Shown: positions 26,330 to 39,413 of the stretch, one piece after another | How positions within the stretch are numbered: the first letter of the stretch is position 1 | Layout of the letters: each line of letters opens with the position of its first letter | The notes under the pieces: model-generated | Database searches by the model: none | What the model was told of the DNA's origin: nothing | The model's input: only the letters and a program-made list of their open reading frames with translations | Made by a program: the position numbers and the translations under genes | Origin: Pecten maximus | Taxonomy: Eukaryota | Length of the DNA: 64,000 nt | Assembly: GCF_902652985.1 (NCBI RefSeq) | Contig: NC_047015.1 | Location: 23,808,001-23,872,000, forward strand | Reading direction: 5' to 3'

Positions 26330-28385
26330 TGGTAGAATGACCCACATGCGTTTAATGCATTTTTCTGCCTCAACTCTACTGTCGATGATTATAATGCGGA
26401 ACTTCCATCCACTAACAATAATGAACCCATGCTTACTCGAATATATATTGAAGGAAATGACATTATCTCCGTTTTATGTAATCTTGACTGATCTAAGGCA
26501 GTTGGACCTGCTCTTTTAAAGCCATGACTCTTTAAAGAAGCAGCAGTTATTTTGTGCTATCCCTTCAAACTATATTTAATAAGTCTTTAACCACTTCGTC
26601 TTTTCCTTGTAACTGGATATTAGCTAATGATGCCCCAGTGTTCAAGAAAGACAACCCTTTACTTCTCAACAACTATCAACATATATAGTTAGTTGCTATT
26701 CTAGATAAGGTTATGGAAAGATGTGTATGTACATATCGATAACTTAATTATTGATCATTCTCTATTATCACCTTCCCAATCTGGATTCAGGGCTGGCGAC
26801 TCTACAATAATCAGCTACTTGCCATTAGTAACGACATCTATTCGGCATTAGATAAAAGTAAGGAAATAAGGATGATTTTCTGTGATATCAGCAAAGCCTT
26901 CGAAAAAGTATGGCATACAGGACTGCTTTTTTAAATTACGCAAATTAGATATCGGAGGAGTTTATTATCTTGGTTTAAAGTTATTTAATTTATCGGAAGC
27001 AAAGAGTTGTAAAAAAATAATACAACCTCTTGAGTGGAGGGTAGTTCGTGCTGGTGTTCCCCAGGGGTCAATGTTAGGTCCTTTGCTCTTTTCGATTTTT
27101 ATTAATGATATTTGACGGTATCAGTGCTAAAATAAAGGTATTTGCTGACGACACTTCATTTTTTACTATTGCAGATACTCCTCAGTGTGCAGATTTGATG
27201 AATAACAGTTTAAGAAAAAAAAAACATGCCTGGTCAGCAGGTAGGCCGTAAAAATTGTACCTGCTGCCCCAATTGCATGACCGTAAGAGGCGTCTAAATT
27301 TGGGATCTTATCGTTTCTCTTCTTTTTGAACTTTCTTCTTCCCAATGTCTCCCTTGACAATGCCTCACTTTTGGCCTTTACTTGAGCGTTCGCCGCTGTG
27401 AGGAAGGCTATGGGTCATGTCCCCGGGCTGAGACATACCAGAGTCTTTACAAATGGTAGTGCTACTCCTGCTTAGCGCTCAGCATATTTGGAGTGGGACG
27501 ACTGCTTCGCCCGTTGTCAGTATAATGTGACGGGGTGGGGTGTGCTGCTGGGTGTATCCGACAGTATAGTTAAGTGAGGTAGCACTATAAATCGGCAAAA
27601 GTTCCGCCCTATCACAAGAAGACTTAACACGAACATACTGCAGCCTCCCAAAACACACATACGCACCCACCACACACATGCATGTCGCACGCACGGGAGG
27701 CCGTCCTTAAATGACCTTAGCTGTTAATAGGACATTAAACAAAAAACCCCAAACCAAACCAAACCCTTGAGAATATTCAACTCGAAGCTGTAAGAATTAT
27801 AACAAGGGGTACCTAACTTACAAGTCATCATAAAATGATTTTTGGCCTTACTACCCCATACCTTTCAATTTTACTTCCACGGCGCAGAAACGACACCCAC
27901 CAATATAACACGTGTTGCAGATAATCTAAGCAACGTATTATGTAAAACAAACTTGTTCCCCTTCCTCTATTGATCAATTTACTCTCCCTCAGAAATTAAA
28001 AATAATCCTTCCGTAAGTAACTTGAAAAACTCCTTTCAACATTTTCTCATAACCCCCTTATTATAATTATGGGAAGCGTTTGGATCAGATACATCATGCT
28101 AGATTGAAGATGAACTGTAGCTCCTTAAATGCCCATTTATTTGGCATAACCTTTTCGATAGTCCTCAGTGTTCATTTAATAGGCGCATGAAACCACTGAA
28201 CATGTTTTACTCTTGTTCAAATTATACTGATATAAGAAATGAGTGTTTTGCGAATTTATTCGAAAACTATACTTTTAACATGCTCTTGTACGTTGATCCA
28301 AGTTTATTTATTGATGTCAACAACAACATTTTCCGCTGTATTCATCTTTTTATATATAAAACTAAACGATTAGTTAATTAACAGT
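26330..28385 (+). mobile_element. CR1/L2-clade LINE ORF2 (RT) remnant interrupted by a SINE
   Basis: PVFKKDNP, QSGFRAGDST, IFCDISKAF..VWHTGLLFKL, AGVPQGSMLGPLLF.IFINDI, VFADDTS; many frameshifts. Confidence 0.85.
27228..27766 (+). mobile_element. Near full-length Meta-like bivalve SINE with (AAACC)n tail
   Basis: Homologous to four other copies in the window; ends GTCCTTAAATGACCTTAGCTGTTAATAGGAC..AAACCAAACC. Confidence 0.85.
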
Positions 28386-28439
28386 GCTGTAACCCGAGCC
28401 CCAGCAACCAGGAATCGTATGATACGATTTAGATGATAC

Positions 28440-28968
28440 ACACATTATTCTGACAACGGGAAAGCCAGTAGTCCAACTCCCAAAATGCTGAGCACTAAGC
28501 ATGAGTAGAAACTATCATTTTTAAAGACTCTGGTATGTCTCGGCCAGGGGACAGAACCCAAAGCCTTCCTCACAGGGGCGAACGTTCATCTGAAGGCCAA
28601 CAGTGAAGCATTGTCAATGGAAACATTAGGATGAAAAAGTTGTTCAGAAAGAAAAGACAAGATTCCAAATTTAGTCGCCTCTTACGATCATGCAATGGGG
28701 AGCAGCAGATACAATTTTTTTTTTTTTTTTTTTGTTTAAAGTCCAGGGTCATTTAAGGACGCGCCAGGTTTTGGAGGTGGAGGAAAGCCGGAGTACCCGG
28801 AGAAAAACCACCGGCCTACAGTCAGTACCTGGCAAGTGCCCAACGTAGGTTTCGAACTCGCAACCCAGAGGTGGAGGGCTAGTGATAAAGTGTCGGGACA
28901 TCTTAACCACTCGGCCACCGCGTCCCCTGCAGCAGATACAATCCTTACGTCCTACTCGCAAGGCAGCT
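28440..28968 (-). mobile_element. Meta-like SINE copy interrupted by a second SINE
   Basis: Colinear with 16785-17087 on both sides of 28716-28928. Confidence 0.8.
28716..28928 (-). mobile_element. tRNA-derived SINE with V-domain-like core, poly(A) tail and 14-bp TSD
   Basis: Minus strand: A box GGTGGCCGAGTGG, B box GAGTTCGAAACC, GGTTTTTCTCCGGGTACTCCGGCTTTCCTCC; TSD GCAGCAGATACAAT at 28702-28715 and 28929-28942. Confidence 0.9.
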
Positions 28969-31900
28969 ATCATCCGAGACACGTCCATTTTCAAAGTTGT
29001 TTTGGCCAAGGTGTCTTCATCCCTATACCCGCTTTAGATGTGTCTTTCAAGGTATTATCGATGCAATTTTTGAGCTCCAAAAAGTCCTTGTCCTAAAAAA
29101 AGATGCATTATATTATATATATATTGTTCCCCTTCCTTTCAAGATACCTCTGTACAGCAGACGTGCATCCATAGAGAATGTAACTTCGTTCGATAATCTA
29201 TTATTAATATGCAACCATTGGATATATTCCATAAATTATATCAAATATAGAAATAAGTATTAAAAATAGCGCGTCTTCACCAAGAATTGAACTCGCAGCC
29301 AAGGGTTAAATGGCCACTCACACTTACCTTCAGGAGGGTTTTCCATCAGTTTCAATAGGAACCAATTGCGTTGACTCATTTTCTGTTGAAATAGCAGTCC
29401 CAACAGAAAAGCTTATCATATATCGCTTGAATAAACATCGCCATTAATACTCATCTGATATTAATCAGATACGAATCGTTTTGCTTGAATATGTATCATT
29501 ATACATACCTAATTATTTTATACTTCATTACTTAATAAAAAAAAATAGTAAAAATATCCTAAAATTGAAAAATGAGTAAAAAAACAAATGAAAATGTTGT
29601 TAAGATTAGATGAAAAACAGTTAAGAATTGAACGAGAAGTTCGTTGTGATCAGAACAATATTATATGTATTATAATATCATAACAGTCATACCTGAATCA
29701 TAGTAATGATTATAGGTACCACCCATCTCTGACGGCCCTGCCTGGTCCAACATGAACGTGAACATCAATTGCTTCGGTTAATGTTTTTAGAATCGAGATT
29801 TTTCACAATCAGGAACGTCAGAAAAAATGTTTTGTGCTATGAACATGTCCTCGTTTTTCCTTTCATGTATGTATTTCTAATATTAGTCCAACTATTGACT
29901 CATTAGTCTATCCGAATAGTACTCTGCCTCCATTTTCCTTTACTTGTAATTCGATACTAAAGGAACTAACTTCCGCTCGTGCAATGTGCATGAAGAAAAT
30001 CAACCAATCATAAGTTCAGAATATATATTGAATTTTGTAACAAAAATATATGAAATATATATATTATTCTACTGTGACTAAAACTCACTAGGCGCCTACC
30101 CATAGTCGAATACGCCACACACGAACCATTCGGCTAATTTTGAACATTATATATTATTTTGAATATTATATATACTTCCGTGAATTTTGTTATTTTTTCT
30201 TTGTAAATCGTCTGCCTTTGTTCGGGCAGACTAAGCTTGTTCGTTGTGATTAGTGTATGTGTTGTTGACACTGTTTTATTATAGTTCATGTCTTATCCAA
30301 TTACCCCCATGCTTATAATATTGTACTTCGTTTCACTGATACTGAATACACATTATTTTAAATAGCACACGAGCCTTTGAGTCGTTTTTGTTCAATATGT
30401 ACCACATATTATTTAGCAAAAGATTTCGATGTCCACACAGCTCGGCGACACTCAGCAGGCAAAACGTTACTGATTGGTTTACCAATCGGTGTGCATTACC
30501 AGTTTGAATAAAAACGTTTGACGGATAGTATACGTGTAGGTTTTCAAGTAGGCGGGGTTTAACCTCCTAAGTCGTTTAATAAATAGAAAAATAAGAGTGA
30601 ACATAAGTCCTGGGGTCTCGCGGATAGGTATACATGTACCCATGATACAGGAATACGTCAATTGGAGTGGGTTTTTTTCTCGGATCATGCATAACATTAA
30701 TGACAGATCAATTATCCCAAAGTGAGGGAGTATACCTTAGGGAAACTTGAAGTGAGTACCAGTGTTCACCAACAGAATTTGTTATGCGAAGTCCTACCCA
30801 TCTTACCTTCTTCAAACCTCTTTTATTTTTAGGACATTGGAATTGTTATTGTTGAGCTTTAAGATATCTATGACGCCGATCGAAACGAGATAAATAAAAT
30901 TCAAGATTTTTTTTTAAATCGTGTTGAAGATACTGCAATAATATTTATATCGAGGAACTATTCGTCCTGTGATACAGGGCCCACTGGCCAAGTCCAATCT
31001 AATATGCTGACAACGACATTTGTCACAATACAATGTCATATACTCAATATCTAAAATGCCGACAATGGCAGATGTAGTCGTAGTCACCCAAGTACGGGTG
31101 CGTATCATACATTGTACGTACTCATACGAGCTAGACCAAGTGTTGACTAATCCTATTATAGCCACGCAAAGCCGAACAAACACCCTCGCTTAGAGTAATC
31201 AGCTCGTCACATATAAGCACAACACTTATAATGATATAGATGTAAGAATCACCCCGGCAAGAAAACAATCGTAGATCAGTATTACTAACTGAAATATAAT
31301 TACCAATAGACATATTTCTAAAATACAAATAACATAACTATATTTGATAATATGTAGTTTATTTGGTAGGCCTTACTGGTTCCTCGACATAACGCCGAGG
31401 CCACAGACGGGGACATTTATATAAGATATAAAAACATTTGTATTAACTATGTACTGCATGATTCATTGGAATGTAAATTTTATTACTACTTATTTTGCGT
31501 TGACCGTTTTGTCGATAAGTCCGCGGTATAGCTAATAAAGATAGAATATAGTCTTTAAAATGTTATTTAAAAGATAAGTATGTAAAAATGATATCAAGTA
31601 AAGTTGGTATACTGTAGATAATAAAAATCTTTAAAATGAAATTTCTAACAAAAAGAGGAATGTCTGCTAATATGAATACCATCATGTTATAAAGCTCTCT
31701 CACTTGGTCAGTCTAATTGTTGGACATTGTTTTGCTTTTTCACACACGACGACGCTGTTGTGTGTGTGTCACCGGTAGCTCGGTAGAAACCACATCAACC
31801 AATAGGATGCGCCTTTCGTTCTCTATTATAATTCGAAAAGACCTACAAATACGACACAATACAATACATTTTTACTCTCGCATTCATATATATAATATAG

Positions 31901-32817
31901 TACTAAAGACAACTCGCGACAACCAAGGTTCTGGACCTCCGATAAATACAGAGACGTATATTGTTTTATTAATTATAATATAATAATATTAATATGATAG
32001 TAATATATTAATATGTATCAATTATATTATTCGCGCACGTATATAATGTACAATACTGCTCCTGTATGGGTAGTTCATAGTACATGTATATCTGTTTTAA
32101 TAGTCGATACAACTGTAGGTGTACTAGTAGCGGCAGTGACAGATCCTTCTCTTACGAGTCGGATTGCAGAAATGACTTGGGTAGGAAGTATTTACCCATA
32201 AGTCAGAATAGTGGCGGGAATATAGAGTGCTTTATTCGTGCAGAGGGACAAGTCCAAAGTCTACGAGGCCTACGTCATACATACAACTAGGTCGGAATGT
32301 TGAAACGGAACATAACAACACAGTACATATACATTCTAAACTGATGACGTCACATACCCTGTTCACAACACAGGGACACCACACATACACACAGTCGTTA
32401 CTAACATAAATACACATACCTGGGCTACATTTGCTTACTGGTCGTAAATCGATAAAATCAGAGACATGCGTACATGTACTAACTGACCAAAAGATTAATA
32501 GCTTTCCGCCACTTAAAACACCATATCATATATCGGGTAGATAAATTCTTAGCAGAACTACGCGAGCTTCTACTATGTACATCTTTCTCGAGCTTTACAT
32601 TTACTGCTTAATGATACATAATGCTGTTGGTATCGCTTTTGTTTTTGGGAAGCGAATACGAATTTATTTTCTATATAAACAAGAAACATGTTTCAACAAG
32701 AAATATGATAAGGGAAAGCCATTTAATACACGTTCGATGTACGTACGTAAACAGATAGGCAATAGGTATATGCCAGTTCAAGTTAAACATGAATGATTAC
32801 ATACATGTACCTTGTAT

Positions 32818-32852
32818 CTGACACAGGTGATAATATCTACACCGGACTCGAG
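32818..32852 (+). other. Putative 5' UTR exon end of EEP gene 2 (donor GT at 32853)
   Basis: Conserved with 22314-22349. Confidence 0.55.
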
Positions 32853-33795
32853 GTAGGGTGTTTCTCTGTCGCTATAAGTGTCTATGTCAGTGTTTACTTA
32901 TAATAATTATTTAAAATATATATTTCGGCTCCATTTGCAGCATGTGATTATTTGTCAGAGCAAGAGAAGCATAAAACAATCAACTGATTACTATTGTATA
33001 TTTAACCACAAGGGTATCATACGATGTTTGTTTACATTTATTGTCCGAGTATATATAGTCACCTGATTTGGTTGCTACAGTCTTGTACATAGATGTATGA
33101 CACGAATCTTGATATGCGTTATCAGGGACTCTCCATATAATTTTGAATTCATCTTTTTATACCAAAGTTTTGAATACTTAGTCATAATAATTCATGGATA
33201 AAAAGTGCAAAAGAATAGTTTCGATATCGTATTCGCCACGTAGTAATTGTCTGAACAAGAACAACCTAGACCGTTTAGGTAAAACAATTTTATGTTATTC
33301 AGTGGGTGAGACTAAGTTCGATGTAGACAAACCATTATACACGTGGGGCTACGTCAGTTTGAAATTAAAACGGAAATGACTAGTATGTACATTTTATCCG
33401 CCGCTTGTACAAATCGGCAAACCTCGGCTGATTCAAATACCCGGCACTGAAACCTCTATCACTTGATCATGCGGAAATTAACCTTTAATGTTTTGCTAAT
33501 GAAAAACATAAGTATTCGGCATGTGATTGTAAGGAAAATCAAATTTTCTAAAATACAACTAATGAATAATTGAATTTTAATAACACTTTTTATTAATACA
33601 AACCACAAACGTTTTACACGCCATATATTTCTGTTTTATATTGTTAATTATCCAACTCGCTAATACTCAATAAAATTATCTTCAAATTTAACGTTTTATA
33701 TATTCTTTTAACCTATTTTTGTTTTAGAGGCAAGTACTTGATCCAGTTTAGATGTGAATGGAAAGTTGACGACACTATTGATCACATACATCACA

Positions 33796-34743
33796 ATGGC
33801 CACACCAGGCGACGTCAGTACATCGCTTGATGAGAAAAGTCTGAAAACAACTAATGCAAACCCTGTAAATAAAATAACTGTTATTACTATGAATGTAAGC
33901 GGTCCGTATGCCGGGGATGATTCTGCTCGCAGTAGGAGAAAATGTATTTCTGACGTTGTTTGGGCTAATAATCCACACATCCTCCTAATACAAGAATTCC
34001 GATGGAAAGGAATTCGACGGAAGATTTGGGAAAACACTCCTTTACCTGATCGCTATACATACACTGGCAACACGGAAGCTAGTATTATATACGATACCGA
34101 ACGTTTGTGTTTGGAAGAACCAGCAAAATTACAGACAATTTTGGAAGAATTAAAAAGAAAAAGAGAAATATCGGAGGATTTTTCGCCTTTAGCACGTAGT
34201 TGTATACGAGTTTGGAAAACAGATGCATTCAAAGTCCTCGTTGTGTCATGGCATGGTGTACATAGTCGTATTAATAACGAAGAAAAGAAGACGCAGTTCA
34301 GAGATCTGCAAGTGTATTTGAAGAAGCTATCTAAAGAAAAAGAAGCTGCTATACTTTTGGGTGGTGATTTCAATATCAACATTTCCCTAATCAGAAGTCT
34401 TGTCTTCGAGAATTTTACCCTGTATGAGTATAAACCGTCAGAGCGACGAAGCGGAAAGGTTATAGATTATTTTATAACTTCTTCAGAATTGGATCTTACA
34501 GATGTTCGGTATATCGACCTTGTCAAAAGGAAAGAAGATGAAACAACAAAGGACCCGCACGACGTGCTGGATCACGATCCAGTTTCCGCTATTGTGTCCT
34601 CGAGCACGGAGGAGGTGAGTATACCAGCAATAGCATCCACACTAAAACGGTACTCGCGTATACACAAGGGCACATGGTGTTATCGCGGTCCTAATTTTAC
34701 CACAAAAAAAAATAATAAAAATAACAATGATCTAGTTTTCTAA
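33796..34743 (+). CDS. Second EEP-domain protein (paralog of 23583-24494); probably spliced at 34614 to a downstream exon
   Basis: MNVSG, LLIQE, SWHG, GGDFN, IDYF, LDHDPV; acceptor at 33727; consensus donor GAG|GTGAGT at 34614/34615 (phase 0). Confidence 0.8.
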   Translation: MATPGDVSTSLDEKSLKTTNANPVNKITVITMNVSGPYAGDDSARSRRKCISDVVWANNPHILLIQEFRWKGIRRKIWENTPLPDRYTYTGNTEASIIYDTERLCLEEPAKLQTILEELKRKREISEDFSPLARSCIRVWKTDAFKVLVVSWHGVHSRINNEEKKTQFRDLQVYLKKLSKEKEAAILLGGDFNINISLIRSLVFENFTLYEYKPSERRSGKVIDYFITSSELDLTDVRYIDLVKRKEDETTKDPHDVLDHDPVSAIVSSSTEEVSIPAIASTLKRYSRIHKGTWCYRGPNFTTKKNNKNNNDLVF

Positions 34744-35734
34744 AAAAAAAATCTCTATAGTAGTTAATTTCAGTTTTCTAATCACTCCACAACCCGAAGT
34801 GAGACCAACTACCAAATTAGATTGAAATCCGAATATATTTCGGCTACTTCGATTCCTTCGCTGGAGAGATTAAGAGATAAAGATCGAAGTATATCATGTC
34901 GGGATAAATAACTGAAATTGAATTACCAATAGACTTAATTTTTGTAAGAAAAACAGTACAAATATTATTTGATTACTTACACAATACCTTGAAATATGAC
35001 GTTCCTTCGCATTGATTTGTGTAATCGATAAGTCCAATGCAAAACAAAATAGAACCTAGTAATTTATAACTGCACTGTACAATCACAGGTAAGAAATGAT
35101 CATGGAGTCAAAGAGAATATCTATTGTGGAAGACAATTAGGTTTTATTAACTCCGTTGTCTGCGTATGATAGTTGAGTGAATGGTATGTACTATCATTGT
35201 AGAACGTTACCCCAACTCATTGTAAGTTGTTCAAATGGTAAAGTTGTTTCGAAGGCACACCTTAAATGTAACAGTCCCATGCAAAACTATGGAAGTGAGA
35301 CGTCACAAATGATGTCAGAAGTGGGATTGAAATGTTTGTATCAAAACCAACAGTTCAAAACTTATAAATAAATGTCTCAAAAAATATCAAACAGTTGAAA
35401 TATTTATCCTTTTTTTATGACAAAGTATTTAAATAAAAATGAATGATTCGGTTGTAAAGTATGAGCATAAGCATGTAAGTGAACACTCCATCTTGTACAA
35501 AGTCTAGATGGTTATCAACTAGCTCATAGTCCAGAAGACATAAAATAACAGAAAAAATACATTTTGGGTGAGATTTGAATAGTGAACATTTCGCTATATT
35601 ACGTCAGAAATATATGAGAACTCTACCTGACTTGAAAACTGCGTAAAAACGTGAATAGGGATATTAATGCACTGACATTTTTCAATAAGCAAGTAGGAGG
35701 TTAACTATTTTAAGGATCATGAAACTACTATTTA

Positions 35735-36935
35735 CATTTCTCATATAAGACCAATACTGGAATATGCTAATGTGGTATTGGATAATTGCCCGAAAAACTT
35801 AAAAGACCTCGTATCATATTTTGTACAAAGAATTAGGATGGGTAACATTAGAAAGTAGAAGAAAACAACACAAACTACTGTTGATGTACAAAATTCTCCA
35901 TAATGAATCACCAGATTATTTGAATGATATTGTTGAACCCTATCTCCATGATCCAATCCTATCTGGATATCCACTTGGATCAGTTATACTATTTGATCCA
36001 CCTTTATGCAGAACAATGAATTGTTTTGATAGTTTCTTTCCTTCCACGTTTAATGAATTCAATAACATTGCCTCTAGTCTAGAAAATGTTCACTCTATAT
36101 ATCAGTTTAAAAAATTAATCCCTCAGCACCATATCCCAAATTCAAATACTACTGATGTTTTCAAACTATTAGAAAATCGAGAGAAGAACATTCTTCTCTG
36201 TCAACTAAGAAATAATGCTAGCAATCTTAACTTCGATCTCTTCCAAGATTATCTATCCGATTCACCCATGTGTTCTTGAAATGTTAGTATTGAAACTACA
36301 TATTTTTAAAAATATCACTTTTGCTGATTTGACCAATCAAATTAATGATTAGAAAATATCAAAATAATTGACCAATCAGAAAGCCCGACATATATGTCAG
36401 CACCTGGACAGGGGAAACTACTCTTTTGTTTACAAATTATCGCTGTAGTCCTAGTTAGCATACGGGGTAGGGTTTTCGTTGATAAAAAATGTAATAAACA
36501 GAATATCTAACAGTGTCTTCAGTAATACCAAATATTTTGATAAATTTTCACGAGTGCGCAGCACGAGTGAAACATATCAAAATATTAGCCACACGAGTCA
36601 TTACTACTAGTATATCACAATACACAAAATGTACATCATTTTTTTATGTGACTCGTGTGGCTAATATTTTGATATTTTTCACTCGTGAAAAATTATCAAA
36701 ATATTAGCCCCACTCGTGAAATATATTTGGTATTACTGAAGACACTGTTAGATATCCTCTATATACGTATCATTCTCTGTCAAAATGCTAAACAAGTCAT
36801 TCATCATGACCACTTACTACTAGATTTTTTTCTCAATGGCTGTGGAAATTGTAATGAAACTGAAAATTTAGCTATTCTTTCTGCAGTGTCTAAATACATT
36901 TCTGATTCAAAAATATTTAAATTATATACTTGGTA
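35735..36935 (+). mobile_element. CR1-like LINE ORF2 3' remnant, split by a MITE
   Basis: IRPILEYANVV.DNC, LYKELGWVTLESRRKQHKL..YKI, LCRT..FDSFFPST, LNFDLFQDYLSDSPMC. Confidence 0.8.
36302..36762. mobile_element. Non-autonomous hairpin element (Crypton-like MITE)
   Basis: Inverted repeats ATATCTAACAGTGTCTTCAGTAATACCAAATAT (36503-36535) / ATATTTGGTATTACTGAAGACACTGTTAGATAT (36723-36755) plus CACGAGTG subrepeats. Confidence 0.7.
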
Positions 36936-37467
36936 ACTTATAACCATATTGGTATAGTACATATACAAAATGTTCATGCATGTTGGCATGTTATGATATA
37001 AAAGACATACTTATATCTATTGTTATTTACTATTTATTATTTTTTCCTTTAACAAAATATGCATGTGTAGTGAGATATACAAAAATGATGTACATTTTGT
37101 GTATTGTGATATACTAGTAGTAATGAATGAATTTTTACAAAGATAGAATATGAACAGTATAATCCAGATAACACTGGATCCTCACATAAATGTATGGAGG
37201 ATACGAATTACTTGTAATGATTATATGGGGCAAAGAAGTCATTCAAACAGTTTAAACAATAAGGTTTGTTAAATTTTCGAGGCAATCCGCCCCTTTATCA
37301 AAACACAAAAAAATACAAATACAATCACATAATATATATAAGATGTAGTACTTCTAATTCAAATAAGTCAAGAATATTTTTTTTCTCCACAGTCTTGAAT
37401 AAATAGAAGGTATCTGATGTTTTTCGGCCTGCTATGGGCCGACTTTACATTCTGTAATAGCGAAAAA

Positions 37468-37506
<39 letters not shown>

Positions 37507-37701
37507 GACGGCATGCTCTCGGGTCGACACTTTCCAAGTAGTATCGTCGTGGGGATAGAAAACGCACATAAGGAAAAATCGATTATTTTGTGACATACCT
37601 GAACATACAGGGATACATGTCAACATACATAAACAGTTAAATCCATTCACTTATAATCCAACTTCAATCCATACTCAAGAATAATTAAATTGTTCTTACA
37701 G

Positions 37702-38362
37702 AAAACTAGCAAATGCAGCGGTCATGCGACAGCATCTACATCACGAGAAGAACTTGACTTAAGCATAGCTCAGGGGTCTAGCATTGGTATCGACGAGGAC
37801 AAAGCGTCCTTGGAGGATTCATCTTCCCGCAAAAAGGACGAAACTGGTATTAGGATCACACTGGTCGCGGAAGACGAGGGTGAACCCCAGTGTTCTAGGA
37901 CAGCAGCAACATCACCTAGAGAGGACCACAGCACCGCAGCGGGGAATGAAGAGGAAGTCACGTGTAAACCCACAGATAAAACAAACTTAAAATTGACTGA
38001 TATGATGGAACTCCATTTACAACGGTTAATTCTGAACATTGGAGGCACAAGCTTTGAAACTAGTGTAACTACCTTACAACAGGATCCGCAGGGACTACTA
38101 GCAAAAATGGTATTGAAGAACTCGCCTATGAAACCCTACAATGAAGACAAACATCACAAAAGTTATTTTATTGATAGGGATAGCAAACATTTTCCATCTA
38201 TACTTAATTATCTCAGGTATATAGGACAGGGTGTCACAGCTCGAGTACTACCATCAGACAATATCGATTTGGAAGAACTTCTCATTGAAGTCAAATTCTT
38301 TGAGTTACATGGATTAGAAAAACTTGTAGAGCAGAGACTGAGAGAGAGAGGGGGGACTACTC
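37702..38362 (+). CDS. Exon encoding an acidic linker plus KCTD-type BTB/POZ (T1) domain; runs into the assembly gap
   Basis: LILNIGGTSFETSVTTL..LLAKM..YFIDRDSKHFPSILNYLR..LEELLIEVKFFELHGL; preceded by acceptor TTCTTACAG (phase 0); no Met for the first 100 codons. Confidence 0.8.
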
Positions 38363-38495
38363 NNNNNNNNNNNNNNNNNNNNNNNNNNNNNNNNNNNNNN
38401 NNNNNNNNNNNNNNNNNNNNNNNNNNNNNNNNNNNNNNNNNNNNNNNNNNNNNNNNNNNNNNNNNNNNNNNNNNNNNNNNNNNNNNNNNNNNNNN
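38363..38495. other. Assembly gap (133 N)
   Basis: Run of N. Confidence 1.
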
Positions 38496-39413
38496 CCCGT
38501 GCACATTGTGGTATATATGTCTGTAATAAAGCCATCATTTTACATAAACATAAACTGCCAATTGTAAAATTGAATGCATTGTGCTATACGTGTGTATAAA
38601 AACAACATATGTGTGTGATTAGATCATATTTGTTCGTACAAACAACATCTAGTAATTGACACGTTTTATTTTCTGTGTTATAACCAAATTTGACTTGAAA
38701 ATCAAAATAATTTTGTAATTCAATTAAAGAGATAATGGCTCTCTTACATCAGATGAGTAGGTAATACATGTCAAATGTGTGATGATACTTACATTGTAAA
38801 AATAAGTTCATTTGCATGTTTACACATTGTCTTCATTGACAAGAATTTTAAAATAACACGACTGTCTTATTGTGACCAAAATTCATATCACATTTTCATA
38901 ACATTATACTTTATGACATAGTTAACTTGAACCCTTCTTTCCAAAGCAGTAAACATGTATATCAAATATATAATATATTTATGCATTCGCAAGAATAATG
39001 TAAATGCATATATATGTATCAAGGAAATATACAGTACATGTAAATCACCTAATGAATCTCGCATGCAATATCTATTTAATCGTCTCATATATCCTGTATT
39101 ACTCCATGTACAATATTAATGTACGTCTTTGTTCTAGCTATAGCTTATGGTGAACAACTAAATTTCTGGTTGAAATCCAGGAATTTTTCCTTAAAATATA
39201 TGCATGTATATTAATTAAGAAATCACCACAGAACATGTTCATTAATCTTCATATTATTATTATTATTTTATAAATTTAATTGTTAGTTTAATTTCCATCG
39301 GTATAATGCCTCTATGCTCTCATACATGTACCTTAATTTCATACATGTAGGTACGGTGTATCCAATGAATTGTGCAGGTAAATGTCAATCAAAAGATAAT
39401 TTAAATATAAATA

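Noticed and set aside
28850-28928. tRNA gene
   Set aside because: A/B boxes belong to a SINE head with core, poly(A) and TSD.
30050-32460. Moderately GC-richer non-coding block with short ORFs
   Set aside because: No recognisable protein motif, terminal repeat or TSD found by eye.
370-37505. Poly-G runs giving poly-Gly/Pro ORFs (379, 8786, 11173, 37467)
   Set aside because: Simple homopolymers; no coding evidence.
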